Shown here: positions 10,601-20,384 of the stretch, piece after piece
Layout of the letters: every line of letters begins with the position of its first letter
Position numbering within the stretch: the stretch's first letter is position 1
Made by a program: the position numbers and the translations under genes
Notes under the pieces: generated by a model
Told to the model about the DNA's origin: nothing
The model's input: only the letters and a program-made list of their open reading frames with translations
Databases searched by the model: none
NCBI GenBank assembly: GCA_003635315.1
Contig: PYJD01000023.1
Span: forward strand, 134,502-198,501
Reading direction: 5' to 3'
DNA length: 64,000 nt
Source of the DNA: Candidatus Poribacteria bacterium
GTDB lineage: Bacteria; Poribacteria; WGA-4E; WGA-3G

Positions 10601-10948
10601 AGGTTGAATTGGTTAGTAAAAGAAGAATCAGGAATTTGGCACGGAATAAAAGTCCCTACAGATAATACAGAGAATATGAATGTTTTATCAACTGAAATGG
10701 AATTATATGGATTACTACTATATGCAAATTATCCTAATCAACAGACTATTCACATTACATGTTATTCACCATTTCTTAAAAGACACATAGAAAAGTCTTT
10801 CGTTATTTCAGACTTGCCTGAATTACGATTAAGTTGGATTGAACGGATTTCAAATCTGCAGCATGAAGATTATACGAAGAATCTGGAACATTGTAATTTT
10901 TGTCCATACTCCGACTTAGAGGGAAATTGTATTGTTAACGAAACATAA
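7607..10948 (+). CDS. UvrD/PcrA-family helicase fused to a C-terminal Cas4/AddB-like 4-Cys PD-(D/E)XK nuclease domain (AddA-like single-chain helicase-nuclease)
   Basis: 1113 aa. Motifs: Walker A AGAGSGKTT, MIDEYQDTN (motif II), GDPKQSIYGFRGA, TIHSAKGKEFPVVIL, YVGVTRARDRL. The C-terminal ~250 aa carry C...C-x2-C-x8-C (GLCPLRFY ... CNFCPYSDLEGNC), as in Cas4/AddB iron-sulphur nucleases. Confidence 0.8.
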   Translation: MMKFTPNQQKALTIDKHVCVTAGAGSGKTTVLVERYLEILRSGNITPSQIVAITFTKKAAAEIKARIIKEIHEERNRKVRENYIEEMNTAPISTFHAFCARILREYPFDAKIPASFTIIEGIEQKILLREVIKNAFDNIVSSIDNPFYSHLEFCLYRTRNKQFLTDLLTDMVNERSSIEILRESVYENIDNTDIPQRWYEAFNAPILTEKELSNFMDNLYSILEISKGRNVEKTRELLQQISTLSVQNEDNEEQRRLLIEITGLISTAKNEIATRYLVGINVDKTDIADNIELVLDKVKKIKSAPVYDANTNFETDDELLYKISQNLLPLYDLILKNYQEIKFTQGKLDNQDLQLKTVYLLKNNLSVRQKIRKQFKYYMIDEYQDTNEIQSELVNLLTNNLNDSNLFIVGDPKQSIYGFRGADVRVFDETKQKIKELDGEDISLQENYRSLRDVVGFVNSIFKRQDGDQLENEFDVIYEPLHKARSADGNGSVEIILRQEEYDISESDLIAQKIKSMIDSKVKIWEQGEDIKETPRAIQYGDITILIRSRGHLPTIETALNKFGIPYLTSGGIGFYQRQEIYDIWNYLNFLSNPDGNDTSLIGVLRGPAFGISDVEIFEISHLGKGSFWDNSIKYKSPSKRLCQAIATLKNHIEIAKRMSINRLIQTIVNDTGMIGAIKTGNKGEQKWANYKKLLELAGTYDGDEFSDLLDEFVKYLDILISEEPLEGDAPVEESSSAVKIMTIHSAKGKEFPVVILPSLDRQTPTTHEPIIDDKLGVGFSPLRPEKEYHKTEPVIVPAIKDRKKSKENAEEKRVFYVGVTRARDRLILSGSINEEGKSKNRLQEIIEILEFSNENDMIQVQVKLDVYSDGETIQDIFQLPIPIIKQIGEIDNRTPFDEITNTPPELPYDEIEKSNYASTFNVQELAIYGLCPLRFYLENVLNISALGVDSRPEETQILDQQNENLLSSELAELKSSSLFSVSNQQIHTKLDKHIIYGRLNWLVKEESGIWHGIKVPTDNTENMNVLSTEMELYGLLLYANYPNQQTIHITCYSPFLKRHIEKSFVISDLPELRLSWIERISNLQHEDYTKNLEHCNFCPYSDLEGNCIVNET

Positions 10949-10959
10949 AGGAGAATATT

Positions 10960-11700
10960 ATGACGAATCAAAGAGTTGTTTTTGGCTTCATTTTACTTTG
11001 CATGTTCATGTGTGTTGTTTCCATTTCATTTGCTGGTACATGGCGGGATGATTTTGAAGATAAGGATACGAAAGAATGGGAAATCTTCAATCTTAATCGA
11101 CAAGTTGAAAAATGGTGGATTAATGATGACGAAGCAGTTGGTGAGATTTTTGAACCCGGATTTTGGAGTCTTTGGATGACGGGTGAAAACAACTGGCAGT
11201 TTTATTCTGTTAGGTGTGTTGTTAAACTAATTGATGAAAAAAACGATCCACCATATTTTGGTCTCACTCTTCATGACAGAGGTGAAGAAGGTGGACGATA
11301 TGTGTTTTATGTAGATTATTTAAGAGGGTTTGCTGTCATTGAAAAATGGGTGGCAAATGGCGGATCAGTACGGCAAAATTTTGTGGCTGAGAAAGATGTG
11401 TGGTATGAACTAAATGCATCTGTACAATTAGATCCATTAGATGAAGAATTAGCGGTTCTGGAGTTTAGCATAAAGAATGCTGATAGAAAAGATGGTAATC
11501 CTCTGGTTACGCTTACTGCACAAGATACAGACCCTATTGACAAAGGGCAAGTTAGCCTTGCCATAAGTAATGCTCGTGTACGGTATGATAATGTCGAAAT
11601 TTCTGGGACTAACATACCAAATGGTGGTCCCGGTAAACCTTTTCCTGTAAAACCACATGCAAAACTTGCAACCTCATGGGGTAGTATTAAGAAATATTAA
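10960..11700 (+). CDS. Secreted hypothetical protein (possibly a DUF1080/LamG-like beta-sandwich) ending in a TSWGSIKKY C-terminal motif
   Basis: AAGGAGAA RBS. Signal peptide MTNQRVVFGFILLCMFMCVVSISFA. No confident family assignment. The C-terminus KLATSWGSIKKY matches the motif on three other secreted proteins in the window. Confidence 0.5.
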   Translation: MTNQRVVFGFILLCMFMCVVSISFAGTWRDDFEDKDTKEWEIFNLNRQVEKWWINDDEAVGEIFEPGFWSLWMTGENNWQFYSVRCVVKLIDEKNDPPYFGLTLHDRGEEGGRYVFYVDYLRGFAVIEKWVANGGSVRQNFVAEKDVWYELNASVQLDPLDEELAVLEFSIKNADRKDGNPLVTLTAQDTDPIDKGQVSLAISNARVRYDNVEISGTNIPNGGPGKPFPVKPHAKLATSWGSIKKY

Positions 11701-11769
11701 AATACATATCAAGTAAGAACTTACCTGGTGTGTATCTTTTCTACATTTATCAGAAAAGTATTTTAAAAA

Positions 11770-13449
11770 ATGGTTAATAATACACATAGTTATTATATGT
11801 ATGAAATACTAAAAAATATAGTTATAGTTATCCTATCTATTTTAATTCCAAACCTAATAATACATGCTGAATCATTACCACATTTTACCGAAATTACGAC
11901 TGAATCAGGCTTAAACTTTATACACAATAACGGTGCATTTGGAGAAAAATATCTGCCTGAAACAATGGGATCGGGATGTGCATTTATTGACTACAATCAG
12001 GATGGTTGGGTGGACATCTTCTTAGTTAATTGTAAAGATTGGGAGAAACATAATACAGGCAAATCCCAAACACCAGCACTATTCCAAAACCAAAAAGATG
12101 GAACTTTCAAGGATGTTACTATTGAGGTCGGATTGAATATACAAGTTTATGGGATGGGTGTTGCCGTTGGAGACTATGATAATGATGGGGATGATGATAT
12201 ATACCTAAGTTGTCTATATGATGATAAGTTATTCCGGAACAACGGTGATGGAACTTTTAAAGATGTTACCGAAGAAGCAGGAATTACGAATCCCGGTTTC
12301 GGTACAAGTTGCGCATGGTTCGATTACAATTTGGACGGTCTATTGGATTTATACGTTGCAAATTATGTTGAATGGACAATTAAAACTGATATATATTGTA
12401 CCTTAGATGGTCAAAATAAATCTTATTGCACCCCTGAATCCTATTCTGGACAAGCGAGTATACTCTTTCGTAACCGAGGAAATGGAACATTTGTTGATGT
12501 CTCACGAATTGCTGGTGTAAGTGACCCCAAAAGCAAATCATTGGGTGTTTGTATACTTGATTATAATGCCGATGGTTTGCCAGATATCTTTGAAGCAAAT
12601 GATACGCAACCCAATAAGTTGTATCAGAATAATGGTGATGGCACGTTCATTGAAGTCGGCATGCTAACTGGAGTCGCATTTAATGAGAATGGTGTTGCTA
12701 CAGGGGCAATGGGGGTGGATGCTGGAGATTATGACAATAGCGGAAATGAAAGTCTCATTATAGGTAATTTTTCGAATGAAATGATCAACCTATATAAGAA
12801 CGAAGGTGATTTCTTTATTGATGATGCACCCATCGCAAAGATTGGTCAACCATCCTTGTTAACCCTAACATTTGGATGTTTCTTTTTCGATTTTGACCTT
12901 GATGGAAAACTTGACATTTTTACGACAAACGGTCACGTTGAGACGGATATAAATCTGATTCAGAGTAGAGTTTCATATCCACAACCTCCTCATCTATTTC
13001 GGAATGTAAACGGGAGTAGTTTTACTGATGTTATTCAGAAAGTTGGTAATGACTTGTTAAAACCTGTTGTTGGGAGAGGAACAGCTTATGGAGATATTGA
13101 TAATGATGGAGATCCTGATATACTTGTAACTACTTCGAATGGTCCTGTCCATTTATACCGCAACGATGGGGGGAATAAGCATAATTGGTTAAAAATTAAG
13201 CTTGTTGGTCAAAAAAGTAACCGGAACGGGTTGGGCGCACGAATTGAGGTGATATCAGCTACTGGTACCCAAACTCGAACTGTAAGAAGTGGTTCAAGTT
13301 ATTGTTCACAGAGTGAATTGACAGTTTTTATTGGTATCAAGAATGATCAAGTCATTGATAAAATCAAGGTAGAATGGCAAAATGGGAATACGGATATACT
13401 TGAGAATATAAAAGCAAATCAAGAAATTAGTATTAAAGAAAGTCTGTAG
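11770..13449 (+). CDS. FG-GAP repeat / ASPIC-UnbV (CRTAC1-family) secreted protein
   Basis: Repeated Ca-binding loops DxNxDGxxD (VGDYDNDGDDDIYL, FDYNLDGLLDLYVANY, ILDYNADGLPDIFEAN, YGDIDNDGDPDILV). C-terminal RNGLGARIEV...G is typical of the UnbV_ASPIC domain. Confidence 0.75.
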   Translation: MVNNTHSYYMYEILKNIVIVILSILIPNLIIHAESLPHFTEITTESGLNFIHNNGAFGEKYLPETMGSGCAFIDYNQDGWVDIFLVNCKDWEKHNTGKSQTPALFQNQKDGTFKDVTIEVGLNIQVYGMGVAVGDYDNDGDDDIYLSCLYDDKLFRNNGDGTFKDVTEEAGITNPGFGTSCAWFDYNLDGLLDLYVANYVEWTIKTDIYCTLDGQNKSYCTPESYSGQASILFRNRGNGTFVDVSRIAGVSDPKSKSLGVCILDYNADGLPDIFEANDTQPNKLYQNNGDGTFIEVGMLTGVAFNENGVATGAMGVDAGDYDNSGNESLIIGNFSNEMINLYKNEGDFFIDDAPIAKIGQPSLLTLTFGCFFFDFDLDGKLDIFTTNGHVETDINLIQSRVSYPQPPHLFRNVNGSSFTDVIQKVGNDLLKPVVGRGTAYGDIDNDGDPDILVTTSNGPVHLYRNDGGNKHNWLKIKLVGQKSNRNGLGARIEVISATGTQTRTVRSGSSYCSQSELTVFIGIKNDQVIDKIKVEWQNGNTDILENIKANQEISIKESL

Positions 13450-13462
13450 AAATATAACGGAT

Positions 13463-13888
13463 CTATAAGTCAAATATAACCTGTGCTTCCCATACGCCGT
13501 TTTCTATCTCACGTACATATAATTGGTGATATGTGACTGCCTTTATTTCTGTATAGACGATATGTTTATCAAAATTGGTTGGTTCACCATGTACACGTGC
13601 AAATAATTCTTCAGAGTTAATGCTTAAAATCTCGACGCGTTTAAAAAATAGCTCTTCTACCTCATGTTGATAAATTAATTCATCTAACCATGCTACCAAT
13701 AACATTTCTATAGAATCTGCTCTTACTTCAATATCCATTGACACTGTCTCATCAATTGAATCAATGACAGCCATCATTCCAAATAATCCCATTGCTGCAT
13801 TCGTAAATAGTAAATCAACTGAGTCTCCCCAAACACGCATTCCAGCATCAGCAGTATGTTCAAGGTATTCGTAGGTTTGTTTTTTCAT
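13463..13888 (-). CDS. Archease (RtcB-ligase accessory protein family)
   Basis: 141 aa; N-terminal YEYLEHTADAGMRVWG contains the archease EHTAD signature. Confidence 0.75.
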   Translation of the reverse strand: MKKQTYEYLEHTADAGMRVWGDSVDLLFTNAAMGLFGMMAVIDSIDETVSMDIEVRADSIEMLLVAWLDELIYQHEVEELFFKRVEILSINSEELFARVHGEPTNFDKHIVYTEIKAVTYHQLYVREIENGVWEAQVIFDL

Positions 13889-14170
13889 ATTTCTACAAAA
13901 TTTAAAATTAAATGAAGAAAAAATCTATATATAACATCTAATATTATCAAGTGCTACTTTTTAGCTCAAACTGTAAACCTATGATACAGAATATTGGCTA
14001 ACTATCAACATATTTCATTAATTAAAGATAGGTTTCCAAGTACAAATAATTATTGGTAGCAAATTAAGATAACATACATATACTACCAAGCACAAAATTG
14101 ATTTAAGATATTTAGATGACTTGAGTAAATCCTACTAAAAATTATAACCTTTATGAGAAGTATAAAATTA

Positions 14171-14580
14171 GAGAATAAATGATGAAAATCTATAAAAACG
14201 ATCCTAAATACCACAACTATCTTTATGTCAAAAAATCAACTATAATACGCAGGTTGAAATTGTCAAAATTCGCAAGCACAACAAAAACACAAAATCACAC
14301 TTTATGCAAATTCTTAAAAAGTTAATTCAAAGTGGAGTAAAGTCAGTCTATGACAGTGGTTAGAGGGGTATTTTACACCAATTTCAATGACACAGAATGT
14401 GTCAAAAAGTGTAACTTTTTTCAGTTTTTCGACACTTTTTCACAACAGTGAAAAAATCAACATTTTCACGATTATTGATCAGGGAATTTAGGATTAAAAG
14501 TCTGTTTTTGCACCTAATTAGGTTGTTAGGATATTAGGATTAAAAGTTCAATTTACGACTATTACATCTAATGCCATTTC
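14171..14580 (+). repeat. Copy A of the dispersed non-coding element (A/D subfamily), 100-160 bp upstream of the 1211-aa secreted protein gene
   Basis: ~88% identical over ~400 bp to 57663-58065. It shares the core ctatgacagNggttagaggggtaNtttacaccaatttcaatgacacagaatgtgtcaaaaagtgtaacttttttcagtttttc with copies B and C. Indels between A and D break every reading frame, so it is non-coding. Confidence 0.6.
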
Positions 14581-14740
14581 TAAATGACATAACACATCAA
14601 CCCGTTAGACATCATCATTCTGATAAATGGTATCATATTCTGGTTGACATAGATATGGAAATAATCATGATCAGAATAAATCTTATATGAATAATTCATG
14701 CTATTGGAATCGTTTTTCAATCCAAATTCACATTAAGACT

Positions 14741-17700
14741 ATGCGAATCGTAATTATCTTATTCTTTCTTCAATTTCTTATATTCTTAGGTAAAGTTGAT
14801 GCTAATCCTTGGAAGTGTGGCACACCTCTACTTTGTGAACGTTATGCCAATATTCAAGAGAATAGTTCTGAAAACATAATAAACGTTCCTGCAGCACCTG
14901 CCCCTCCTGTAAAATTGGGACAAGTAGAGAGATTTTATATCCATATTCCTGAAACTTCTGTAAATGCAACCTGTGTCTATATTGGCATTAATTGTTATAT
15001 TTATATTGATACAACTGTCAAGAACTTACTCACAGAAAATGAAGCGAAGAATATCACTGAGACTTTCGACCAGAAAATCTATACTGGTATTCAGGATTGG
15101 ATTGGATCAGAATTCAAACCCGGTATTGATCGGGATAATAAAATTACTATCTTATTACACGATGTTGGGATGAATAAATCGGGTCGTGATTATGGTGGGT
15201 ATTTCTCTCCCACAGATCTTCATCCAACCCATCCATCAAGTAATAGGCGCGATATTATCTATATGGATATCTATCAATTCAAAGAAAGAGCCAGACATAC
15301 ATTTTATAGTAGTTTAGCACATGAATTTGCACATTTGGTTAGTTGGTATCAAAATGGTGGTACAAATGATCAGCGCTGGTTAGAAGAGGGGTTAGCTTCA
15401 TTTGCAGAATGGGGTGTTTATGGCACTGTTCATACACTTTTCGTTGATAACTATCTCTCAAAACCGAATCTATCAGTTACAACTGCAAATACATCAGATG
15501 TATATTATGGTGCTGCCTTTATGTATCTCCTATACCTATATGAAAACCATGGGAGTAAGTCTATTATAAGGAGAATATCAGCAGAGGATAAACTGGGTTT
15601 AGAAGGGATAGGAAGATCCCTAAACGGCATAGAACTAATTGATACATTTATAAATTGGGGTATTACCAATTGGTTCAATAATCCTGCTTTAGGTTCAGAG
15701 TATAGTTATAGGAATCTTAGGAATAGAAGAATCAAAGCTAATATTCCAGTGATAACATCCTACCCATCAAGGCATAATAGAACTGTTGATAGTTGGGGGT
15801 TTCAATATTTCTTATACAAGAATCTTCCAGAAAATATGGAGATTTCATTACAAGGACATCCACAGGTTGATCTATATGCAAAGATGGTCTATTTATTACC
15901 AAATAACAAAGAACCAGTTGTTTTACCAATACATTCTATTCCAGAAAATACCTCAACATATTCAATTACTTTAGAAAAACTACAGCCAGAAGCTCAAATC
16001 CTTGTGGTTATCACCAGTCCCTATAAACAGCTTCTTACCAGCACCGTAATTCCTACAATAGATAAAAACCCTATCAACCTAAGTATTGATGATAATTTGC
16101 CTACACCAAATACCAATAACAGGTTTCGAATCTCATTACCAGAATCTGTCAAATACCCTCCCAGAAGTAAGACACAACCTTTAAACTTTCGAAATACGCC
16201 ATCCGGTATAATCCAATCAAATACATCAATACAAATAAAACCAAGAACACAACTTCATCTTTCCAGTAATTATCAAGATATCACTATAGTTAATGGATTT
16301 GCATTTACTACAAGTAAATGGGGATTGGAAGTATTCAGCTTAGGAAAAGATCTGACTAAGATAAGTGAAATTGAAACACCAGGTTCAGCAGGAAGTATAG
16401 CATCTGATGGAGAAAATGTATTCATTGCCGATGGTAAATCAGGAATACATTTGATTGATGTAAGTAAACCCCAACTCCCCAGAATTCTTAAAACGATAAA
16501 GGGATTTCAAGATGCAAGTTATATATATATAGCAAATGGAAATCTCTATGCCCTTGACACAATACGTGGGTTGTTGGTTTATAGATTAAACGACATATAT
16601 AACCTGGAGAATCCACATCCAAAAAGAACATTCATACCTACTGGAATTCCATTGAGTGTATCAACTAAGGGTGAGGATGTATACTTAAGTGATAATGCTG
16701 TTGGTGTATATATTCTCACGCCTGATCCTCTTGGAGGTTTCAATGTTAAAGGAACATATCCACGTGCTGTACTTGACTTTGAAATGAGTGATGACAATAT
16801 ACTTCTTATTTCTAACAACCTACATATTATAAATGTAGATGTTCCTGCTGAACCCAAACCGATCACTACATTAAATACACCAGGACTGGCTTCAAGTATA
16901 TACCGAACGCAAGACTTTCTATATCTTACTGATATACATGCAGGGTTTCACATTGTTAATATACGGAATCCTTTCAAACCCGAACTAATCACATCTCATC
17001 CTACAAACGGGTCAGCAAATAGTCTTTCTTTATGGAAAACTGATACCTCTGAAGAATATGTTTATATAGCAGATGGTTTAGGGGGCATTCAGACTTTCGA
17101 AATAACAGATCCCTATTCTCCGAAGTGGTTAACGCATTATGATGCTGGTGGTATTGTGTATGATCTTGATATAACTAATAATGAATCAAGAATTGCTATA
17201 GCAAATGGGAAAGCAGGTCTAAAAGTTATGGAATTGTCAGATCCGTATACAGGAAGTGTAATACAGGATCTTCCTTCAAATCATGAATTAGGAACACTAT
17301 GTGTCACCTTGACTGAGGATTTGGCTTTTACTGGATTCGAAGATGGTATGGAAGTCGTTGATATTACTTCAGGTGATATCCTTGTAAGAATTAACACCAA
17401 ACATCCAGTGTCTGAGATTGAGTTGATAGGTGATTATGCATATCTCTGTGCCGGTTCCCTTATTGTTGTAGACATCAGTAACATTGAATTGAGTAGAATT
17501 GTCTCTAACCGTAATCTGAATGGGAGTGTGTATAAGATAGATCATAATAACACTCATGCCTATATTGCTGCACTTGAGGGTGGAGTCCATATATTAGATA
17601 TCTCAAACCCATCTCTACCTCGACCAATACACCATTTCCAAACTGAAGGGGCAGCAACTAATGTTACCCTCTCCGATGATTTTATCTACATACTTGATAC

Positions 17701-18322
17701 ACACCTGGGTGTGATAAAACTTGATAATAGTGAACAAAATAATCTAAGAATCGTTTCAACTTACAAAGATACGACAATACCCATAGTTGCAAAAGTTAAA
17801 AACGATTTCCTATTCTTACTTGATGTCGAAAGTATGCAGGTCATTAATATCGATTCAATGCATCGAGAAATGCGATATACACAATTACATGCCCCTTCAG
17901 ATATGTTAGTCACTGATAATGCCATATATATCGCAGATTTATACCAACTTAATACATATCAAATTGATACAGATTCAAGTAATTTAAGTGTTGAAGACTA
18001 CACGGGAGAGGATGGGCTAACCCAAAAGGATTTGTCAAATGGTTCCTTCAATCAGCTATACCAAAACTATCCAAATCCATTTAATCCTGAAACATGGATA
18101 CCTATTACTCTTGCATCAGATACTGATTTCAGTCTATCAATCTACGATGAGAAAGGTATACTTGTCGCAATAAAACAATATGGAATTCATCCACAAGGAA
18201 AACATATCTTACACTGGGATGGTAGAAATACGAAGAATGAAAAGGTAGCAAGTGGTGTGTATTTTTATACTATTAATGCGGGGGGATTTAAAGCAACTCG
18301 GAAAATGGTTATCAGAAGATAG
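14741..18322 (+). CDS. Secreted HExxH zinc-metalloprotease-like protein with multiple LVIVD repeats and a T9SS-type C-terminal sorting domain
   Basis: Signal peptide MRIVIILFFLQFLIFLGKVDA. HEFAHLVSWYQ...EEGLASFAEW (HExxH + E). About 11 LVIVD-type repeats (GIHLIDVSKPQLPRIL, GFHIVNIRNPFKPELI, GVHILDISNPSLPRPI and others). C-terminus NYPNPFNPETWIPITL...SIYDEKGILV...WDGRN...ASGVYFYTINAGGFKATRKMVIRR has the por_Secre_tail pattern. The ORF-track start at 14687 is probably upstream of the true ATG at 14741. Confidence 0.75.
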   Translation: MRIVIILFFLQFLIFLGKVDANPWKCGTPLLCERYANIQENSSENIINVPAAPAPPVKLGQVERFYIHIPETSVNATCVYIGINCYIYIDTTVKNLLTENEAKNITETFDQKIYTGIQDWIGSEFKPGIDRDNKITILLHDVGMNKSGRDYGGYFSPTDLHPTHPSSNRRDIIYMDIYQFKERARHTFYSSLAHEFAHLVSWYQNGGTNDQRWLEEGLASFAEWGVYGTVHTLFVDNYLSKPNLSVTTANTSDVYYGAAFMYLLYLYENHGSKSIIRRISAEDKLGLEGIGRSLNGIELIDTFINWGITNWFNNPALGSEYSYRNLRNRRIKANIPVITSYPSRHNRTVDSWGFQYFLYKNLPENMEISLQGHPQVDLYAKMVYLLPNNKEPVVLPIHSIPENTSTYSITLEKLQPEAQILVVITSPYKQLLTSTVIPTIDKNPINLSIDDNLPTPNTNNRFRISLPESVKYPPRSKTQPLNFRNTPSGIIQSNTSIQIKPRTQLHLSSNYQDITIVNGFAFTTSKWGLEVFSLGKDLTKISEIETPGSAGSIASDGENVFIADGKSGIHLIDVSKPQLPRILKTIKGFQDASYIYIANGNLYALDTIRGLLVYRLNDIYNLENPHPKRTFIPTGIPLSVSTKGEDVYLSDNAVGVYILTPDPLGGFNVKGTYPRAVLDFEMSDDNILLISNNLHIINVDVPAEPKPITTLNTPGLASSIYRTQDFLYLTDIHAGFHIVNIRNPFKPELITSHPTNGSANSLSLWKTDTSEEYVYIADGLGGIQTFEITDPYSPKWLTHYDAGGIVYDLDITNNESRIAIANGKAGLKVMELSDPYTGSVIQDLPSNHELGTLCVTLTEDLAFTGFEDGMEVVDITSGDILVRINTKHPVSEIELIGDYAYLCAGSLIVVDISNIELSRIVSNRNLNGSVYKIDHNNTHAYIAALEGGVHILDISNPSLPRPIHHFQTEGAATNVTLSDDFIYILDTHLGVIKLDNSEQNNLRIVSTYKDTTIPIVAKVKNDFLFLLDVESMQVINIDSMHREMRYTQLHAPSDMLVTDNAIYIADLYQLNTYQIDTDSSNLSVEDYTGEDGLTQKDLSNGSFNQLYQNYPNPFNPETWIPITLASDTDFSLSIYDEKGILVAIKQYGIHPQGKHILHWDGRNTKNEKVASGVYFYTINAGGFKATRKMVIRR

Positions 18323-18774
18323 GATAAATGAAATATATAGCAAAAGTACAACTCATCAGCCAGAAAGTCTAAATTCTATGAACTGACAGACGCTAATGAG
18401 AATAATAAATAGAAATGGTATTACACCTCTTCAAACTCAGGATCAATTATATGATATTCAACAAGTATCACAATATCTATAATACAAGGGTTTTCTCTAA
18501 TGGTGGTGTGTAACCCAAGTTAAATAGCATACGTTAGAATCTATATAATCATGGGAACAGGATATAAAATACAATAGGTATTGGTCTAACTTAATGCATA
18601 AATTAAGTATCCTAAGAACTGATTAACCGGTTTTGTATTCAATACGTCCAGACGCCTACTCATATATAGCAAAATAATATTTTGTGTTTGGACACCCGAA
18701 TTAAAAAGAGTTTAGAATTATTACTATATTGAATCTACCTCTAAGAGCATACCAAGCTACAAGGAGACAGGCGG

Positions 18775-20382
18775 ATGACAGCGAATAGTGTAACAGGTAG
18801 TTTTCGTGGAATTGATGTTAGTTTTTCTTTAAAAGGTCCCCATATAATAATGAGTGTTCAGAATAAAGAAGAAAATGGTCGACGTCTACGTGTGATGTAT
18901 CAGCAGCAACCTTCTGGGGGAAGGGTTAATTGGGTGACTTTCCAATTGTCAGAGGAATCTCAAAATGTAATTGTTCCATCCGATGTAATTCAATCACATA
19001 GATTGGCGTTTTATGTCGATCAACATGAACCCATTTCCACATATACAAATAACATTATTGATGAATTAGAACAAATAAAAACACAATTAGGTATAGAAGA
19101 CCAATCAGAAGAGGAAATAGAGGAAGATAAGGGGGATACACTACAAGAAACACCAGAATCAGATCCTGATACTTTTTTGCCTAACGAAAATGGCAATGGA
19201 AATCATTCTATATCTTCAGAACTAATCAATGATGCACTATTAAGTAGTATTCAACAAGCACAGGAAAATTCTGATGATATTCCATCAGAAATTGATCCAC
19301 TTGATACACTCGATGAATATATTGACGAAAACTCAGATCTAACAACTGATAATGCGGAACTTACTGAAAATGGGTTAGAGACTGACGCTGAGTTTCCTAT
19401 TATAGAAGATGTTGATAACTTGCCAAAACGGAAGGCTCAATATGTTGGACGATCTCTTCCTTCTGTAATTGAAGATATTGGATTTAGAATAAAAGTGCCT
19501 TCTATTCCAAAGAGTTCATCCAAACAGCCTGCAACCTTCCTTCCTCCCCAACCTGTATCAAGAGGAAAACGTAATAATAGAGGACAAGGAATATTAAAAC
19601 AGTTGAGTGGTGTTCTCAGTCTCTCAAATAATAGGTCCAAAATGACATATTTTCAGGAACAAAATCGGTCCTTATATGAGAAATTTCATTCCGATTTGGA
19701 ACAATTGGAGAATGATTATAATAGCGGTTCAGGAATATCATTGGATAATTGGGATTACAATGAATTGAGTGAAGAAGAAGCTGCTGTTTTAGTGTTAAAC
19801 CTTATGGTTAATGAAATTAGTTCCTGGAGAAAATCTGCTAAACAAGGAACTGACACTAAAGAAACACTCGCAACCAAACTTGAGGAAATTGAGGATGAAT
19901 TAAAACTGACATTAAAACAGACACGGGGTATTTCTGCACCTTCCCCTACTCTATTCCCTGATAGAGTGGCTACATCTGAACAAGATTTGGTTGATATACA
20001 GAGAGATTGTGAAACTTACTTGGATCGCTTTACTGATAAATTGTCTAAATTAGAACTACAGCATGCCGAAAAAGTGAAGCTACCTGCATTTAAAAGGTTT
20101 TTAGTTGAATTCGTTAGAGATAAACTATTCCCAATTGTTATAGAATTCAGTTCACTCGCATCTGTTCAGCCAAGATTAAACTGGTTCTTAGATTTAGTTG
20201 ATTGTGAAATAATTCCAATTGAACCGGGAGAAACAAAGGTCTCTCCAAATTTACATGAGGTAAGAGAGAAACGGAAAAGTGATTGTGAAAGCAATACTGT
20301 GGTTGAAGTGATTACACCCGGAATACAATCTAAAGACGGTAGTAGGATTATTCAATCCGCTGTCGTTGTACAATCTGAATAA
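18775..20382 (+). CDS. Hypothetical protein, 535 aa, with a long acidic low-complexity central region; no recognisable family
   Basis: AAGGAGACAGGCGG RBS. D/E-rich segment EEEIEEDKGDTLQETPESDPD...DDIPSEIDPLDTLDEYIDENSDL. Its stop abuts the GTG start of the next gene, so the two are probably co-transcribed. Confidence 0.4.
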   Translation: MTANSVTGSFRGIDVSFSLKGPHIIMSVQNKEENGRRLRVMYQQQPSGGRVNWVTFQLSEESQNVIVPSDVIQSHRLAFYVDQHEPISTYTNNIIDELEQIKTQLGIEDQSEEEIEEDKGDTLQETPESDPDTFLPNENGNGNHSISSELINDALLSSIQQAQENSDDIPSEIDPLDTLDEYIDENSDLTTDNAELTENGLETDAEFPIIEDVDNLPKRKAQYVGRSLPSVIEDIGFRIKVPSIPKSSSKQPATFLPPQPVSRGKRNNRGQGILKQLSGVLSLSNNRSKMTYFQEQNRSLYEKFHSDLEQLENDYNSGSGISLDNWDYNELSEEEAAVLVLNLMVNEISSWRKSAKQGTDTKETLATKLEEIEDELKLTLKQTRGISAPSPTLFPDRVATSEQDLVDIQRDCETYLDRFTDKLSKLELQHAEKVKLPAFKRFLVEFVRDKLFPIVIEFSSLASVQPRLNWFLDLVDCEIIPIEPGETKVSPNLHEVREKRKSDCESNTVVEVITPGIQSKDGSRIIQSAVVVQSE

Positions 20383-20384
20383 TT

